From the NCBI GenBank assembly GCA_902634185.1, contig CACPJC010000007.1, positions 1 through 34,408 of the forward strand: a DNA stretch of 34,408 nt, in the 5' to 3' direction. The position numbers and the translations under genes were made by a program. This DNA is from an uncultured Candidatus Actinomarina sp. (lineage in GTDB: Bacteria; Actinomycetota; Acidimicrobiia; Actinomarinales; Actinomarinaceae). Shown in pieces: positions 1 to 9,777 of this stretch. Position 1 is the stretch's first letter; every line of letters starts with the position of its first letter. The notes under the pieces were generated by a model that was not told where the DNA came from, did not search any database, and saw only the letters and a list, made by a program, of their open reading frames with translations.

Positions 1-2
1 TT

Positions 3-635
3 ATCAGAAAGCCAAATGAAGAAAAAATAGAGTATGAGATTGTTGCTAAGTACGCAGGTACTATTGAAACACTATATCTTGAAGAAGGAAAATCACTAAA
101 AGTGGGTGAAGAATTTTATGAGATTCAAGTTACAGAAGGTGATCCATTTACACTATCAAGACCAAGGATTGAGCAAACAGGTACTACAAAATTTAAGAGA
201 TACTCTGATGATTATGGTAAAAAGTTGTCAGTTGGTTATTTTGCAACTTGGGTAGGAGTAGTTTTATACACTGCAATATTTATATCCGAAGTAGTAAGAG
301 CAGGCATTATGGCTGTTGCCAAAGGGCAATCTGAAGCTGGACTTTCTTTAGGTTTTAGAAGGAGTGCTCTTTTGAGGTTAATTGTTATACCCCAGGCAAT
401 AAGAGTGATGTTGCCTCCGATGGGTAACCAGTATCTAAACCTTGCAAAAAATACTTCATTGGGTATTGCTGTAGCTTTTCCCGAAATTGTTGCTGTTGGT
501 CAAACTTTATACAACCAGGAAGGACAAACTTTACCTGTATTTATTGTATGGATGATCTTTTACAGTACCGTAAGTTTGACAATTTCTAGCATAATTAATT
601 TTTACAACAGAAAACTGAAGATTGTTGAGAGATAA
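3..635 (+). CDS. aapQ: Polar amino-acid ABC transporter permease, AapQ/BztB-like (5'-truncated by the window edge)
   Basis: The frame is open from position 3, so the GTG at 102 is internal. LYTAIFISEVVRAGI...KGQSEAGLSLG is an EAA loop and NQYLNLAKNTSL is typical of AapQ. Confidence 0.85.
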   Translation: MRKPNEEKIEYEIVAKYAGTIETLYLEEGKSLKVGEEFYEIQVTEGDPFTLSRPRIEQTGTTKFKRYSDDYGKKLSVGYFATWVGVVLYTAIFISEVVRAGIMAVAKGQSEAGLSLGFRRSALLRLIVIPQAIRVMLPPMGNQYLNLAKNTSLGIAVAFPEIVAVGQTLYNQEGQTLPVFIVWMIFYSTVSLTISSIINFYNRKLKIVER

Positions 636-2438
636 ATGAATTTAGAATATAAAAAATCAATAGCCTGGATGAGAGAAAATCTATTTTCTTCAATTCCATC
701 ATCAATACTTACCGTAGCTACATCATTTTTTGTCTTGGGTTTCTTTAGAGGATTGTTTGGATTTGCAATGGCATCCGATAAAGACTGGCTGTCTGTCTTA
801 AATAATATGCAACTTTATATGGTCCAGGCATATCCTGAAGAAGATTTTATTAGGGTGTGGATATCTGTAGGATTAGCGTTAGTTTTTGCTGGAATGTCTA
901 TAGGGTTGTGGAAAAGTACAGAAGAATCATCACTTTCTGATGTATTCTCAAAATTTATGAAAGTTAGTTTAGCTTTTCTTTTCTTTACTGTTGTAGCACC
1001 TACCTTTTCAAGTGTTACAGACAACGATGGAATCATTCAGACAGAAGAGTCCTTCCCAATGGAAACACGCTTACAACTGCTTATACCTTCTGCAATATTA
1101 GTTGTCGTATTTTTTGTACTAAAGAATGTAAAACTGAATTACAAATTCAATAAATCAGACTTATTATGTTTTTATTTGGCAATACCAATAGTTTTGTTGT
1201 GGATTATAAAGCTACCGACAATACAGCTTGATAGCAGTAACCAAAGAATAATTCCAGATCCCTTAATGCCAATTGCTGATACAACAAAGATTCCTTGGAC
1301 TATCATTTTTGGATTATTTTTAGCTTTTTACTTTATAGGATCTAGATTTAAAGATTCTAAAAATATGAAGAGAACAATGTCTATCTCATGGGTTCTTTTA
1401 CCATTATTTATTTTTTCATGGATTTTCAAAAAGCCAGAAATAGACCTACCAACAATTCTTGGTCAAGATATACCAATTTTTATAGGAATCTTTTTAATTG
1501 GAGCATTGACAATTACCTTTATAAACAATCCAATTGTTGAAAAATATTTTTCTATATATTTGGGTGTATTGGTTGCTATTACGGGAATAGCACTTTTTAT
1601 CTCGATCCCTATTCTTCTTAAATCAGCACTCTTACTACTTGTGTTATTTACTATCGTAATTCCAGCCGTGTCTTCATCTGCAAAAGGTAAGAGAAATCTT
1701 ATTATTGTCTGGGGTGTTTCACTATTTACTTTATCTGTTTTAATTCGTGGTGGCTCTTCAGATACACAGATTATCGTACAGCAGCAAAGTATTTTTGGCG
1801 GCTTTTCTCTAACTTGGCTTCTTGCAATATTTGGAACTTATGTTTCATTTCCTCTGGGAGTGCTTTTAGCCTTAGGAAGAAATTCGAAACTACCTATTGT
1901 TAGACTTGTCTGTACGGGAATTATTGAATTAACTCGTTCTGTTCCTTATATTACATGGCTTTTCTTTGCCAGTGTTACCATGGCAGTTTTCTTACCAGAA
2001 GGTGTCAACTTTGAGTTAGTTGTAAGAGTCCTTATGGTAACTGCATTTTTTAGTGGAGCATATTTCGCAGAAAATATTAGAGGGGGACTTCAATCAATTC
2101 CAAAAGGACAATATGAAGCGGCTGATGCAATTGGAATGAGTCCTTTTCAAAAAACTTCATTGATTGTAATGCCACAGGCATTAAGAGCAATTATTCCTAC
2201 ATTAGTTAGTAGTGCGATAACTGCATTTAAAGATTCTAGTCTGGTTACAATTATCGGTCTTATTGACTTCCTCACAATCGGTAAGGTAATAATTGGTACT
2301 CAATCAATACCAGTAAATTTTGTTGGTCATGATAGAGAGAATTTATTATTCATTGCATTTTTCTATTGGATATTTACATTTACTCTATCCAGAAGAAGCA
2401 TGAAAGTTGAAAAAAGATTAGGATTAGGAGAAAGATAA
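636..2438 (+). CDS. aapM: Polar amino-acid ABC transporter permease, AapM/BztC-like, with enlarged N-terminal membrane region
   Basis: N-terminal WMRENLFSS; C-terminal AYFAENIRGGLQSIPKGQYEAADAIG and FKDSSLV; lies between a permease and an ATPase. Confidence 0.85.
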   Translation: MNLEYKKSIAWMRENLFSSIPSSILTVATSFFVLGFFRGLFGFAMASDKDWLSVLNNMQLYMVQAYPEEDFIRVWISVGLALVFAGMSIGLWKSTEESSLSDVFSKFMKVSLAFLFFTVVAPTFSSVTDNDGIIQTEESFPMETRLQLLIPSAILVVVFFVLKNVKLNYKFNKSDLLCFYLAIPIVLLWIIKLPTIQLDSSNQRIIPDPLMPIADTTKIPWTIIFGLFLAFYFIGSRFKDSKNMKRTMSISWVLLPLFIFSWIFKKPEIDLPTILGQDIPIFIGIFLIGALTITFINNPIVEKYFSIYLGVLVAITGIALFISIPILLKSALLLLVLFTIVIPAVSSSAKGKRNLIIVWGVSLFTLSVLIRGGSSDTQIIVQQQSIFGGFSLTWLLAIFGTYVSFPLGVLLALGRNSKLPIVRLVCTGIIELTRSVPYITWLFFASVTMAVFLPEGVNFELVVRVLMVTAFFSGAYFAENIRGGLQSIPKGQYEAADAIGMSPFQKTSLIVMPQALRAIIPTLVSSAITAFKDSSLVTIIGLIDFLTIGKVIIGTQSIPVNFVGHDRENLLFIAFFYWIFTFTLSRRSMKVEKRLGLGER

Positions 2439-2441
2439 TTT

Positions 2442-3170
2442 ATGAGCATTATTAAAACAAACGATGTTAAAAAATGGTTTGGAGACTTCCAAGCTCTTAA
2501 AGGCATTTCTATGGAAGTGCAAGAAGGTGAAGTATTAGTTATTTGTGGACCATCAGGTTCAGGAAAATCAACCTTTATTAGATGTATTAACAGACTAGAA
2601 CAACACCAAGAAGGTGAAATTATTGTTGATGGAATTGAATTAACTAATGACCTTAAGAACATTGAGGCAATTAGATCAGAAGTTGGTATGGTTTTTCAAA
2701 GTTTCAATCTTTTTCCTCACTTAACAGTAATGCAAAACATTACTCTTGCCCCAATTTGGGTTAGAAAAAAAAGCAGAAGTGAATCAGAAGAAAAAGCAAT
2801 GGAGCTTTTGACAAGAGTTGGTATTCCTGAGCAAGCATCAAAATTTCCAGGCCAACTATCTGGTGGCCAACAACAAAGAGTGGCAATAGCAAGAGCATTA
2901 GCAATGGAACCAAAAATAATGTTATTTGATGAGCCAACATCAGCACTTGACCCTGAAATGATAAAAGAGGTATTGGATGCTATGAAAGAGTTAGCTTTAT
3001 CTGGAATGACAATGATTGTCGTTACTCATGAAATGGGGTTTGCTAAAGAAGTTGCCGACAGAGTTATGTTATTTGATGAGGGATTGATGGTTGAGGAAAA
3101 TACCCCCACAGAATTTTTTGATAATCCTCAAAATGACAGAACCAAGTTGTTCTTAAGTCAGATTCTTTAG
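2442..3170 (+). CDS. aapP: Amino-acid ABC transporter ATP-binding protein (AapP/GlnQ family)
   Basis: Walker A GPSGSGKS, signature LSGGQQQR, Walker B MLFDEPT; LAPIWVRK resembles AapP/BztD. Confidence 0.92.
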   Translation: MSIIKTNDVKKWFGDFQALKGISMEVQEGEVLVICGPSGSGKSTFIRCINRLEQHQEGEIIVDGIELTNDLKNIEAIRSEVGMVFQSFNLFPHLTVMQNITLAPIWVRKKSRSESEEKAMELLTRVGIPEQASKFPGQLSGGQQQRVAIARALAMEPKIMLFDEPTSALDPEMIKEVLDAMKELALSGMTMIVVTHEMGFAKEVADRVMLFDEGLMVEENTPTEFFDNPQNDRTKLFLSQIL

Positions 3171-4306
3171 AGTTTATCCCAGAGATTTTTTTCAGCTAAA
3201 TCAATAATGGTTGCACCCATTCCATATGCTCCATCGAATATAGCTTTATGACCACCAGCTTCAATTGTAGCTGCTGCAAATTCAGGCTGATGATTGACTG
3301 CGTCTCCTGAGTCGATAGCCAACATAGGATGAATAGATGGCATCGCGAAGGATATGTTTCCCATATCTGTTGATCCTAAGCCAAGTTGTGCCGGATCTTG
3401 TAGTGGCATGTCTCTTCCAATTTCATTACAGTTTTCCATAAACAATTCGAACATTGTTTTATTATTCAGAATTTCTTGGTATCTAAAGTCTGGAGAAGTA
3501 ACGTCTGATTTGCATTTAGTTGCAATTGCCGCCCCGTTTACGAAATTTAAAAAATCTTGTTCCAACTTGTTCAGCCTATCTTCGTTTAAAGATCTAAGGT
3601 ACCACTCTGATGAAGTATAAGATGGAATAATGTTCGGCTTAAACCCTCCATCTTTTATAACTCCGTGCATCCTATCAGTTCTTAACATTTGTTGACGATA
3701 GGTAGAAGCATTTACAAATAGTTGTATTTGGGCATCTAGTGCATTTATACCCTCTTCCGGCGCACCAGCAGCATGTGCGTCCTTCCCAAAGAACTCAACT
3801 TTATATTGTTGAATTGTAGAAAATGTAGGATTAGCCACATCATAAGGACCAGGGTGAATCATCATCGAACATTTTGCATCTTCAAATGCTCCATTGTCTA
3901 ATAATATTATTTTTCCACCACCACCTTCTTCGGCAGGAGTTCCTAGTAGCTTAACTCTGATACCTAGTTGGTCGACAAGATTTCTCAAACCTAATCCAGC
4001 CCCAATTGAGCAAGTGGCAATTATGTTGTGGCCACAGGCATGTCCAATCTCTGGCAATGCATCGTATTCGACACAAAGTACAACGAGAGGACCATCTTTA
4101 CCAAAAGTTACCTCAAAAGCTGTATCAAGACCGTGTGTTGGGTACATTACTTCAGGATCATATTTTTTTATGTAGTTAACGAGATACTTTGACGTTTCAA
4201 ATTCTTCGAAGGCAAGTTCTGGATTTTCGTACATCCAGTCATTTACTTCAATAAGGCTTTTGTGCAAAGATTCTAATTCAGATTTAAATTCTTTTTTAAT
4301 TGTCAT
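3167..4306 (-). CDS. M20 family amidohydrolase (AbgB/PM20D2-like)
   Basis: [29 protein letters not shown] and GSTDMGN motifs. Confidence 0.88.
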   Translation of the reverse strand: MTIKKEFKSELESLHKSLIEVNDWMYENPELAFEEFETSKYLVNYIKKYDPEVMYPTHGLDTAFEVTFGKDGPLVVLCVEYDALPEIGHACGHNIIATCSIGAGLGLRNLVDQLGIRVKLLGTPAEEGGGGKIILLDNGAFEDAKCSMMIHPGPYDVANPTFSTIQQYKVEFFGKDAHAAGAPEEGINALDAQIQLFVNASTYRQQMLRTDRMHGVIKDGGFKPNIIPSYTSSEWYLRSLNEDRLNKLEQDFLNFVNGAAIATKCKSDVTSPDFRYQEILNNKTMFELFMENCNEIGRDMPLQDPAQLGLGSTDMGNISFAMPSIHPMLAIDSGDAVNHQPEFAAATIEAGGHKAIFDGAYGMGATIIDLAEKNLWDKL

Positions 4307-5568
4307 GAATCAAGCTTACTAAAATAACCCAAATTATACGAAGAGGAAACGTTCCAAATTATCCAATCCAAATTCTTATCTTCAGCTGCGCGAATATTTT
4401 CTTGGACTTCAGCGTCAGAATGCCAAAACCCCTGTAAAAATGGCCTTAATTTTACTTCTTCAACACCTCTTTGTAATGCATCATCTAAAGCTGAGGTGAT
4501 GACTCCATATGGGTTTCTATTCGGGTTTTGATATCCAAATGAACCTTTACTGTAATGTGATGGATAAACCATTGGTGATAAGAAGTCAACATTTTCGATA
4601 ATTGTTTCAAGATTCTGACCAATTCCTCCATCAAATTTATTTGTTAAAATAAACCCAAATACATCTGCCGAAACAAAACACCCAAGACTATTTATCTCTT
4701 TTTTGGCAATCATAAGAAAACTATTAATATTTTTTATTCTGTTTTCGTAAGTATTTTCATCTTTGAAAACCATGTACTTGTAGTTCGAATCTGGATATCT
4801 AATATAGTCAAACTGGATTTCGTCAAAACCTAATTCGCATGCTTCCTTTGCGATATTGATCACGTAGTTTCTTGCCTTTTCACTACCGGGATCAATAAAA
4901 TATTGACCATCTTGGGAATATATCTTGTTTTTATATGAATCAAATACTGCTTCATTCGGATAATTTTTAGCAAATAACGGATCTTGAAAAACAACAACTC
5001 TTCCTATTAAGTAAAGATCATTTTTATCTTTTAAAGTATTTAATGTTTCACTGTTATATTTACTTCTAACATTTGACATTTCTACAGCAAGTTCATTTAC
5101 AGAATCAAATAAAATATGTCCATTATCAGTTTTTACATCAATGACAAGGCTATTGACATTTGTATTATCTAAGATGTTGTTGATTATTTCTAACTTTGAA
5201 TTATTGGTCATGTGGTAGCCATTGAGGTAAATTCCTCTGACTCCTCCATGCTTTTCTCTAAATTGAGAAAATTTTTGTTGTTGTATTAAAAAAGTAATTT
5301 CTTGATTGAGAACAACTAGCTCTTCATTCAAACCTGAGATTAGTTTTGAACTAAACTGTTGTTCTTTATTAGCTATGTCTGCATCGATTTTATTTGTATC
5401 AATACTATTAATAGTTTTTGATATCTCTACAGCAACATCTCTTTTGTATATGGTTGTGTTCGTGACTATTTGATTATTAGATATTTCGCTGTTGATATCT
5501 CTTGAAAAATAATTTGTAATGGCAAATGCCAATACAAACACAAGAAAAAAATTTGTTACCCTGTTCAT
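4303..5568 (-). CDS. Exported putative glycoside hydrolase (DUF4015-like TIM barrel)
   Basis: Hydrophobic N-terminal anchor; VIDVKTDNG, GFDEIQFDYIRYP, SADVFG, SPMVYPSHY. Confidence 0.75.
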   Translation of the reverse strand: MNRVTNFFLVFVLAFAITNYFSRDINSEISNNQIVTNTTIYKRDVAVEISKTINSIDTNKIDADIANKEQQFSSKLISGLNEELVVLNQEITFLIQQQKFSQFREKHGGVRGIYLNGYHMTNNSKLEIINNILDNTNVNSLVIDVKTDNGHILFDSVNELAVEMSNVRSKYNSETLNTLKDKNDLYLIGRVVVFQDPLFAKNYPNEAVFDSYKNKIYSQDGQYFIDPGSEKARNYVINIAKEACELGFDEIQFDYIRYPDSNYKYMVFKDENTYENRIKNINSFLMIAKKEINSLGCFVSADVFGFILTNKFDGGIGQNLETIIENVDFLSPMVYPSHYSKGSFGYQNPNRNPYGVITSALDDALQRGVEEVKLRPFLQGFWHSDAEVQENIRAAEDKNLDWIIWNVSSSYNLGYFSKLDS

Positions 5569-5574
5569 CTTCTT

Positions 5575-5619
5575 ATTTTAAGAATACTTATTAATTTCTT
5601 TCAAAGCTAGTTTTATAAT
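5575..5619. promoter_or_regulatory. Back-to-back promoters for two apparently leaderless divergent genes
   Basis: Minus-strand TAAAAT (5580-5575) is 6 nt before the ATG at 5568. Plus-strand TATAAT (5614-5619) is 6 nt before the ATG at 5626. Confidence 0.6.
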
Positions 5620-5625
5620 ATCTAT

Positions 5626-6372
5626 ATGCAAAATTCGAGATATCAAAAAGTTGAAAAGTTTTATGAAGTTCCTGTTTTTATAGCAGTTGTTTTGCTTATA
5701 CCTGTAATAATCATTGAATATAGAAGTTCAGCACTAAAGGAATTCGCAAACTATTTGAATTGGGGGATATGGGTCATATTTTTGTTAGAGTACGTCCATT
5801 TATTGATTCTTTCTGAAAACAAAAAAGACTATGTTCTCAATCACAAACTGGAACTTTTTATTGTAATTGGCTCAATACCATTTGTCCCCCAAGGATTAGA
5901 ATCGTCCAGATTTCTTCGCTTTGTTAGACTACCAAGACTACTTAGAGTATTACAGTTATTTAGACTTGCAGTTGTAGTTGCAAAATTTGGAGCTGATATA
6001 AAAGCTATTTTTAATAGCAGGGGACTAAGGTCAATTGTTTATGCAACTATATTTTTAATAATTTTCTTTGGATTCCTTTTCTTTGTTTCTGAACCTGAGG
6101 TTGAAACATTTAGTGATGGAATATGGTGGGCTTTGGTTACCATTACAACTGTTGGATATGGAGATATAACACCTTATACGACACTAGGAAGAATTGTTGC
6201 AAGTTCCCTAATGATTTTAGGTATTGGATTTATAGCAACTATAACAGCAACTGTTTCTGCTTATTTCTTATCGAATTTTGGAGAAAAACAAACTACTCTT
6301 GATGATATTCTTATTAAGCTTGAAAAAATTGAAAATGAAATAGAAAAAATAAAGGAAGAAAAAAATGAATGA
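5626..6372 (+). CDS. 6-TM voltage-gated-type potassium channel
   Basis: Selectivity filter TTVGYGD; Arg-periodic S4 segment RFLRFVRLPRLLR; C-terminal coiled coil. Confidence 0.92.
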   Translation: MQNSRYQKVEKFYEVPVFIAVVLLIPVIIIEYRSSALKEFANYLNWGIWVIFLLEYVHLLILSENKKDYVLNHKLELFIVIGSIPFVPQGLESSRFLRFVRLPRLLRVLQLFRLAVVVAKFGADIKAIFNSRGLRSIVYATIFLIIFFGFLFFVSEPEVETFSDGIWWALVTITTVGYGDITPYTTLGRIVASSLMILGIGFIATITATVSAYFLSNFGEKQTTLDDILIKLEKIENEIEKIKEEKNE

Positions 6373-8053
6373 GGCATTAAGTAAGTTAGCAGATGATTTC
6401 TTTAAAAATACTTTAAATTCATCCCCAACATCTGCAATCATGAGAGGATACAGGGAATACTTTGATCAAATCGAAGAACTAACTGAAGCCAGATTTGATC
6501 AAAACTTAAAAGATTTAGATAAGTTTGAAAAAAGATTAAACGAGATAGATTTCAATAATTTATCAAATAAGGAAAAAGTTACCCACGGAATGTTGGAGTA
6601 TGCTTTTGGATCAAACAAAGATTCATTACTTGATAAAAGCTGGGAGTTTGGAGCTGGAGTTTCTGGTTTTACAGGCTATTTGATTGATTATAACCAGCAA
6701 ATGTTTATTCCTGATTTAGAATCAGCTGATCTTTTATTGAAAAGATTAGAACTATATAATCAATTCTTTAATCAAGTGTCTTTAGTTCAAAAGAAGGGTT
6801 TAGATGGAAATAGAGTAGCAACTGAAAGAAACATATTAAGGACAATCGACCAAATTGAAAGCTATCTAAAAACATCGTTAGAAGAGGACCCTCTTTTATT
6901 AGTAAATTTTTCTCCCGAAGTCTCTGAAGAAGATGTAATTAACTGGAAAGAAAAAGCAAAATTAATCATTGATGGCTATGTGAGGCCAAGTGTTAATACA
7001 TATCTTGAACAACTCAAATCTGAGCATTTACCCAAAGGAAGATCGGATATGAATCCTGGGATAATGTGGATTGAGGGTGGTGACGATATTTATTTAAGAA
7101 GTTTAAGAAAATTTACAGGAAATAAAGACATAACTGTCCAACAAGTACATGAAACAGGCTTATCTGAGATTAAAAGACTAAAAAAAGAATTTCTTGAAAT
7201 TGGAAAAAAAGTTTTTAAAGATGTAACAACTCCAGAAGAAGTTATCTATAAGATGCAAACTGAACCATCGATGCGCTTTGAAAGTAAAGAACAGATGCTT
7301 CAAATGGCTGAAGATACTATTAAAAGAGCATATGAACCACTTGCTGATTGGTTTACAGTATTTCCAAAAGCCCCTTGCAATGTTTTGCCAGTGCCCAAAG
7401 AGTCAGAAAAACACGCTCCACCAGCCTACTACTATTCACCTTTGCCGGATGGTTCAAGAGAGGGAACTTATTTTTTAAATACATATAAACCAGAAACAAA
7501 AAGTATTTTTGAAGCTGAATCCGTTGCTTTTCATGAAGCAATACCAGGACATCATCTTGATAGAACAATTGCTGTAGAGCTTAAAAATGTTCCTGACTTT
7601 CAGAGGTATACAGCCTCCACAGCCTTTGTAGAGGGGTGGGGTTTATATTCTGAACAGCTAGCAAACGAAATGGGCTTATATTCAAATGATGTTCAACAAC
7701 TTGGAAGACTTGGTAATGATGCTTGGAGAGCATGCAGGCTAGTATTAGATACAGGAATGCACGGAATGGGTTGGTCAAGAGATTCAGCAATTGATTTTTT
7801 CAGAAGTAACTCACCAATTGAAGAAATAAATGCAAATATAGAAACCGACAGATACATTGCATGGCCAGGTCAAGCCTGCTCGTATAAAATGGGACAATTA
7901 ACAATTGAGCAACTTCGAAAAAAGGCCGAAGAAGAGCTTGGTGAAAAATTTGATATAAGATATTTTCACGATGAAGTTTTATGTGACGGTGGAATTACAC
8001 TCCCAATTCTAGAAAATAAAATTGATAGTTTTATTGAAAAATTTAGAAATTAG
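6365..8053 (+). CDS. DUF885 family protein (putative metallopeptidase)
   Basis: HEAIPGHH, EGWGLYSE, RACRLVLDTGMH and RYIAWPGQACSYKMG; no signal peptide evident. Confidence 0.85.
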   Translation: MNEALSKLADDFFKNTLNSSPTSAIMRGYREYFDQIEELTEARFDQNLKDLDKFEKRLNEIDFNNLSNKEKVTHGMLEYAFGSNKDSLLDKSWEFGAGVSGFTGYLIDYNQQMFIPDLESADLLLKRLELYNQFFNQVSLVQKKGLDGNRVATERNILRTIDQIESYLKTSLEEDPLLLVNFSPEVSEEDVINWKEKAKLIIDGYVRPSVNTYLEQLKSEHLPKGRSDMNPGIMWIEGGDDIYLRSLRKFTGNKDITVQQVHETGLSEIKRLKKEFLEIGKKVFKDVTTPEEVIYKMQTEPSMRFESKEQMLQMAEDTIKRAYEPLADWFTVFPKAPCNVLPVPKESEKHAPPAYYYSPLPDGSREGTYFLNTYKPETKSIFEAESVAFHEAIPGHHLDRTIAVELKNVPDFQRYTASTAFVEGWGLYSEQLANEMGLYSNDVQQLGRLGNDAWRACRLVLDTGMHGMGWSRDSAIDFFRSNSPIEEINANIETDRYIAWPGQACSYKMGQLTIEQLRKKAEEELGEKFDIRYFHDEVLCDGGITLPILENKIDSFIEKFRN

Positions 8054-8437
8054 TTATTTACGGATTGATTTATCTGTTTTCTTAACAATTTCATTTTTAT
8101 AGCTTTTATGTATCTCTTTTTCTTTGAGTCTTGATTGAGTTTTTTGATTTGTTATTTCATTTTCTAAAGCAATTAATTTTGCCTGGAGGTTTTCAATTTT
8201 ATCTTTCATTTCATAAATTATTTTTATCCCATCTAAATTTATACCTCTTTGAGATAGCTCTTGAATTTGAATCAATTTATCAATATCTTGTTGAGAATAG
8301 CGCCTAGTACCTCCACCTGTTCTGTAAGGTTTAATAAGACCTTTGTTTTCATAGGTTCTAATTGTTTGTTGATGTATTCCAGACAAAGAAGATGCAACTG
8401 AAATAAAATATATAGCGTTTGATTCTTCGCTACTCAT
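8054..8437 (-). CDS. hspR: Heat-shock repressor HspR (MerR family)
   Basis: YFISVASSLSGIHQQTIRTYE...RTGGGTRRYS...GINLDGIK; last gene of the dnaK-grpE-dnaJ operon. Confidence 0.9.
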   Translation of the reverse strand: MSSEESNAIYFISVASSLSGIHQQTIRTYENKGLIKPYRTGGGTRRYSQQDIDKLIQIQELSQRGINLDGIKIIYEMKDKIENLQAKLIALENEITNQKTQSRLKEKEIHKSYKNEIVKKTDKSIRK

Positions 8438-9299
8438 CTAAATACTTTCTTGGAGAATCACCCGATTCAAATTGATCTCGAAATTTTTCTAAATGTTTTT
8501 TTGCAGATCTTGATAAGTTTGTTGGAGGTATTATAAATACTTTCACATACAAGTCTCCTGATCTTCTACCTTGTGGTGTAATACCTTCACCTCTAATCTT
8601 AAATGTCTTACCACTTGGGGTACCTGAAGGAATCTTCAATGTAACAGATTTAGTTAATGTTGGAATTCTGATGCTTGAACCCAATGCAGCTTCTGTAAAC
8701 AAAAGAGGAACCTCAAGAATTAAATCCATGTTATTTCTCTTAAAGAATTTATGTGGCTCTACAGATACTTGAACTAATAAATCTCCATCAGGAGCACCAG
8801 CTGCACCAGGACCACCTCGACCTCTAAGCCTAATTACACTCCCATTGTCAACACCGGCTGGAACTTTAACTTTAATTGATTCGTTTTCGAGGGGAAGCAC
8901 AACTTCAATTCCTGATGCAGCCTCTGTAAATGAAATATTAATATTAGTTTGATACGTCTGACCTTTCCTTCGGCCACCAAATCCAAATATATCTCCTAAA
9001 TTTTCAAATATATCTCCAAAGTCATCTACTGTAAACCCCTGGCTTGTGAAGCCACCAAACCCTGAAGCACCCATTGATCTTATCTGATCATATTCTTGTT
9101 TCTTTCTTTCATCTCCAAGCACTGAATGAGCTTCAGAGACCTCTTTAAATCTTTTTTCTGCTTCTAAGTCTCCAGGATTAAGATCTGGATGATTTTCACG
9201 AGCTAATTTTTTATACGCTTTTTTTATTTCTGAAATGGAGGCATCTTGAGGAATACCTAATGTAGCGTAGAAATTCTTATCTAACCAGTCTCTACTCAC
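8430..9299 (-). CDS. dnaJ: DnaJ co-chaperone lacking the zinc-finger domain
   Basis: J domain with HPD, a G/F-rich linker and C-terminal domains; no cysteines. Confidence 0.9.
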   Translation of the reverse strand: MSRDWLDKNFYATLGIPQDASISEIKKAYKKLARENHPDLNPGDLEAEKRFKEVSEAHSVLGDERKKQEYDQIRSMGASGFGGFTSQGFTVDDFGDIFENLGDIFGFGGRRKGQTYQTNINISFTEAASGIEVVLPLENESIKVKVPAGVDNGSVIRLRGRGGPGAAGAPDGDLLVQVSVEPHKFFKRNNMDLILEVPLLFTEAALGSSIRIPTLTKSVTLKIPSGTPSGKTFKIRGEGITPQGRRSGDLYVKVFIIPPTNLSRSAKKHLEKFRDQFESGDSPRKYLDE

Positions 9300-9777
9300 T
9301 TTTAACTTTTACCATAGCAGGGCGTATTAAGTTGCCTTGAAAAAGGTATCCTTTCCTAAGAACACTTTCAACCTTTTGTGAGTCCCCATTACCACTGTGT
9401 TCAACGGCTTCGTGTATGTTTGGATCAAAATCTTCTCCGTGAGCTCCAATCTCTTCTATTTGTAAAGAGTTCAAAACTGTTGAAAGCATATTTCCCAAAG
9501 TTTTAATTTCTTCATTTACATTATCTTGTGACAAAGCTATTTCAAAATTATCAATGAGAGGAAAGAGACTTTCTACAAAGTAAGCTATCGACGCATTCCC
9601 AATACTGTCTCTTTCTTTCTCTGATCTTTTTTTAAAGTTATCAAAATCTGCAGCAAGTCTGAGATACTCATCTTTAATTTTTTCATATTCAGACAAAGCA
9701 ACTTTTTCTTCTGATTTGGAACCAGCTTCGGATATAGAGTCCTCAATATCCTCAGTAGATGATTCTTCTTTATTCAT
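9292..9777 (-). CDS. grpE: Nucleotide exchange factor GrpE
   Basis: [24 protein letters not shown]...IRPAMVKV. Confidence 0.95.
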   Translation of the reverse strand: MNKEESSTEDIEDSISEAGSKSEEKVALSEYEKIKDEYLRLAADFDNFKKRSEKERDSIGNASIAYFVESLFPLIDNFEIALSQDNVNEEIKTLGNMLSTVLNSLQIEEIGAHGEDFDPNIHEAVEHSGNGDSQKVESVLRKGYLFQGNLIRPAMVKVKSE

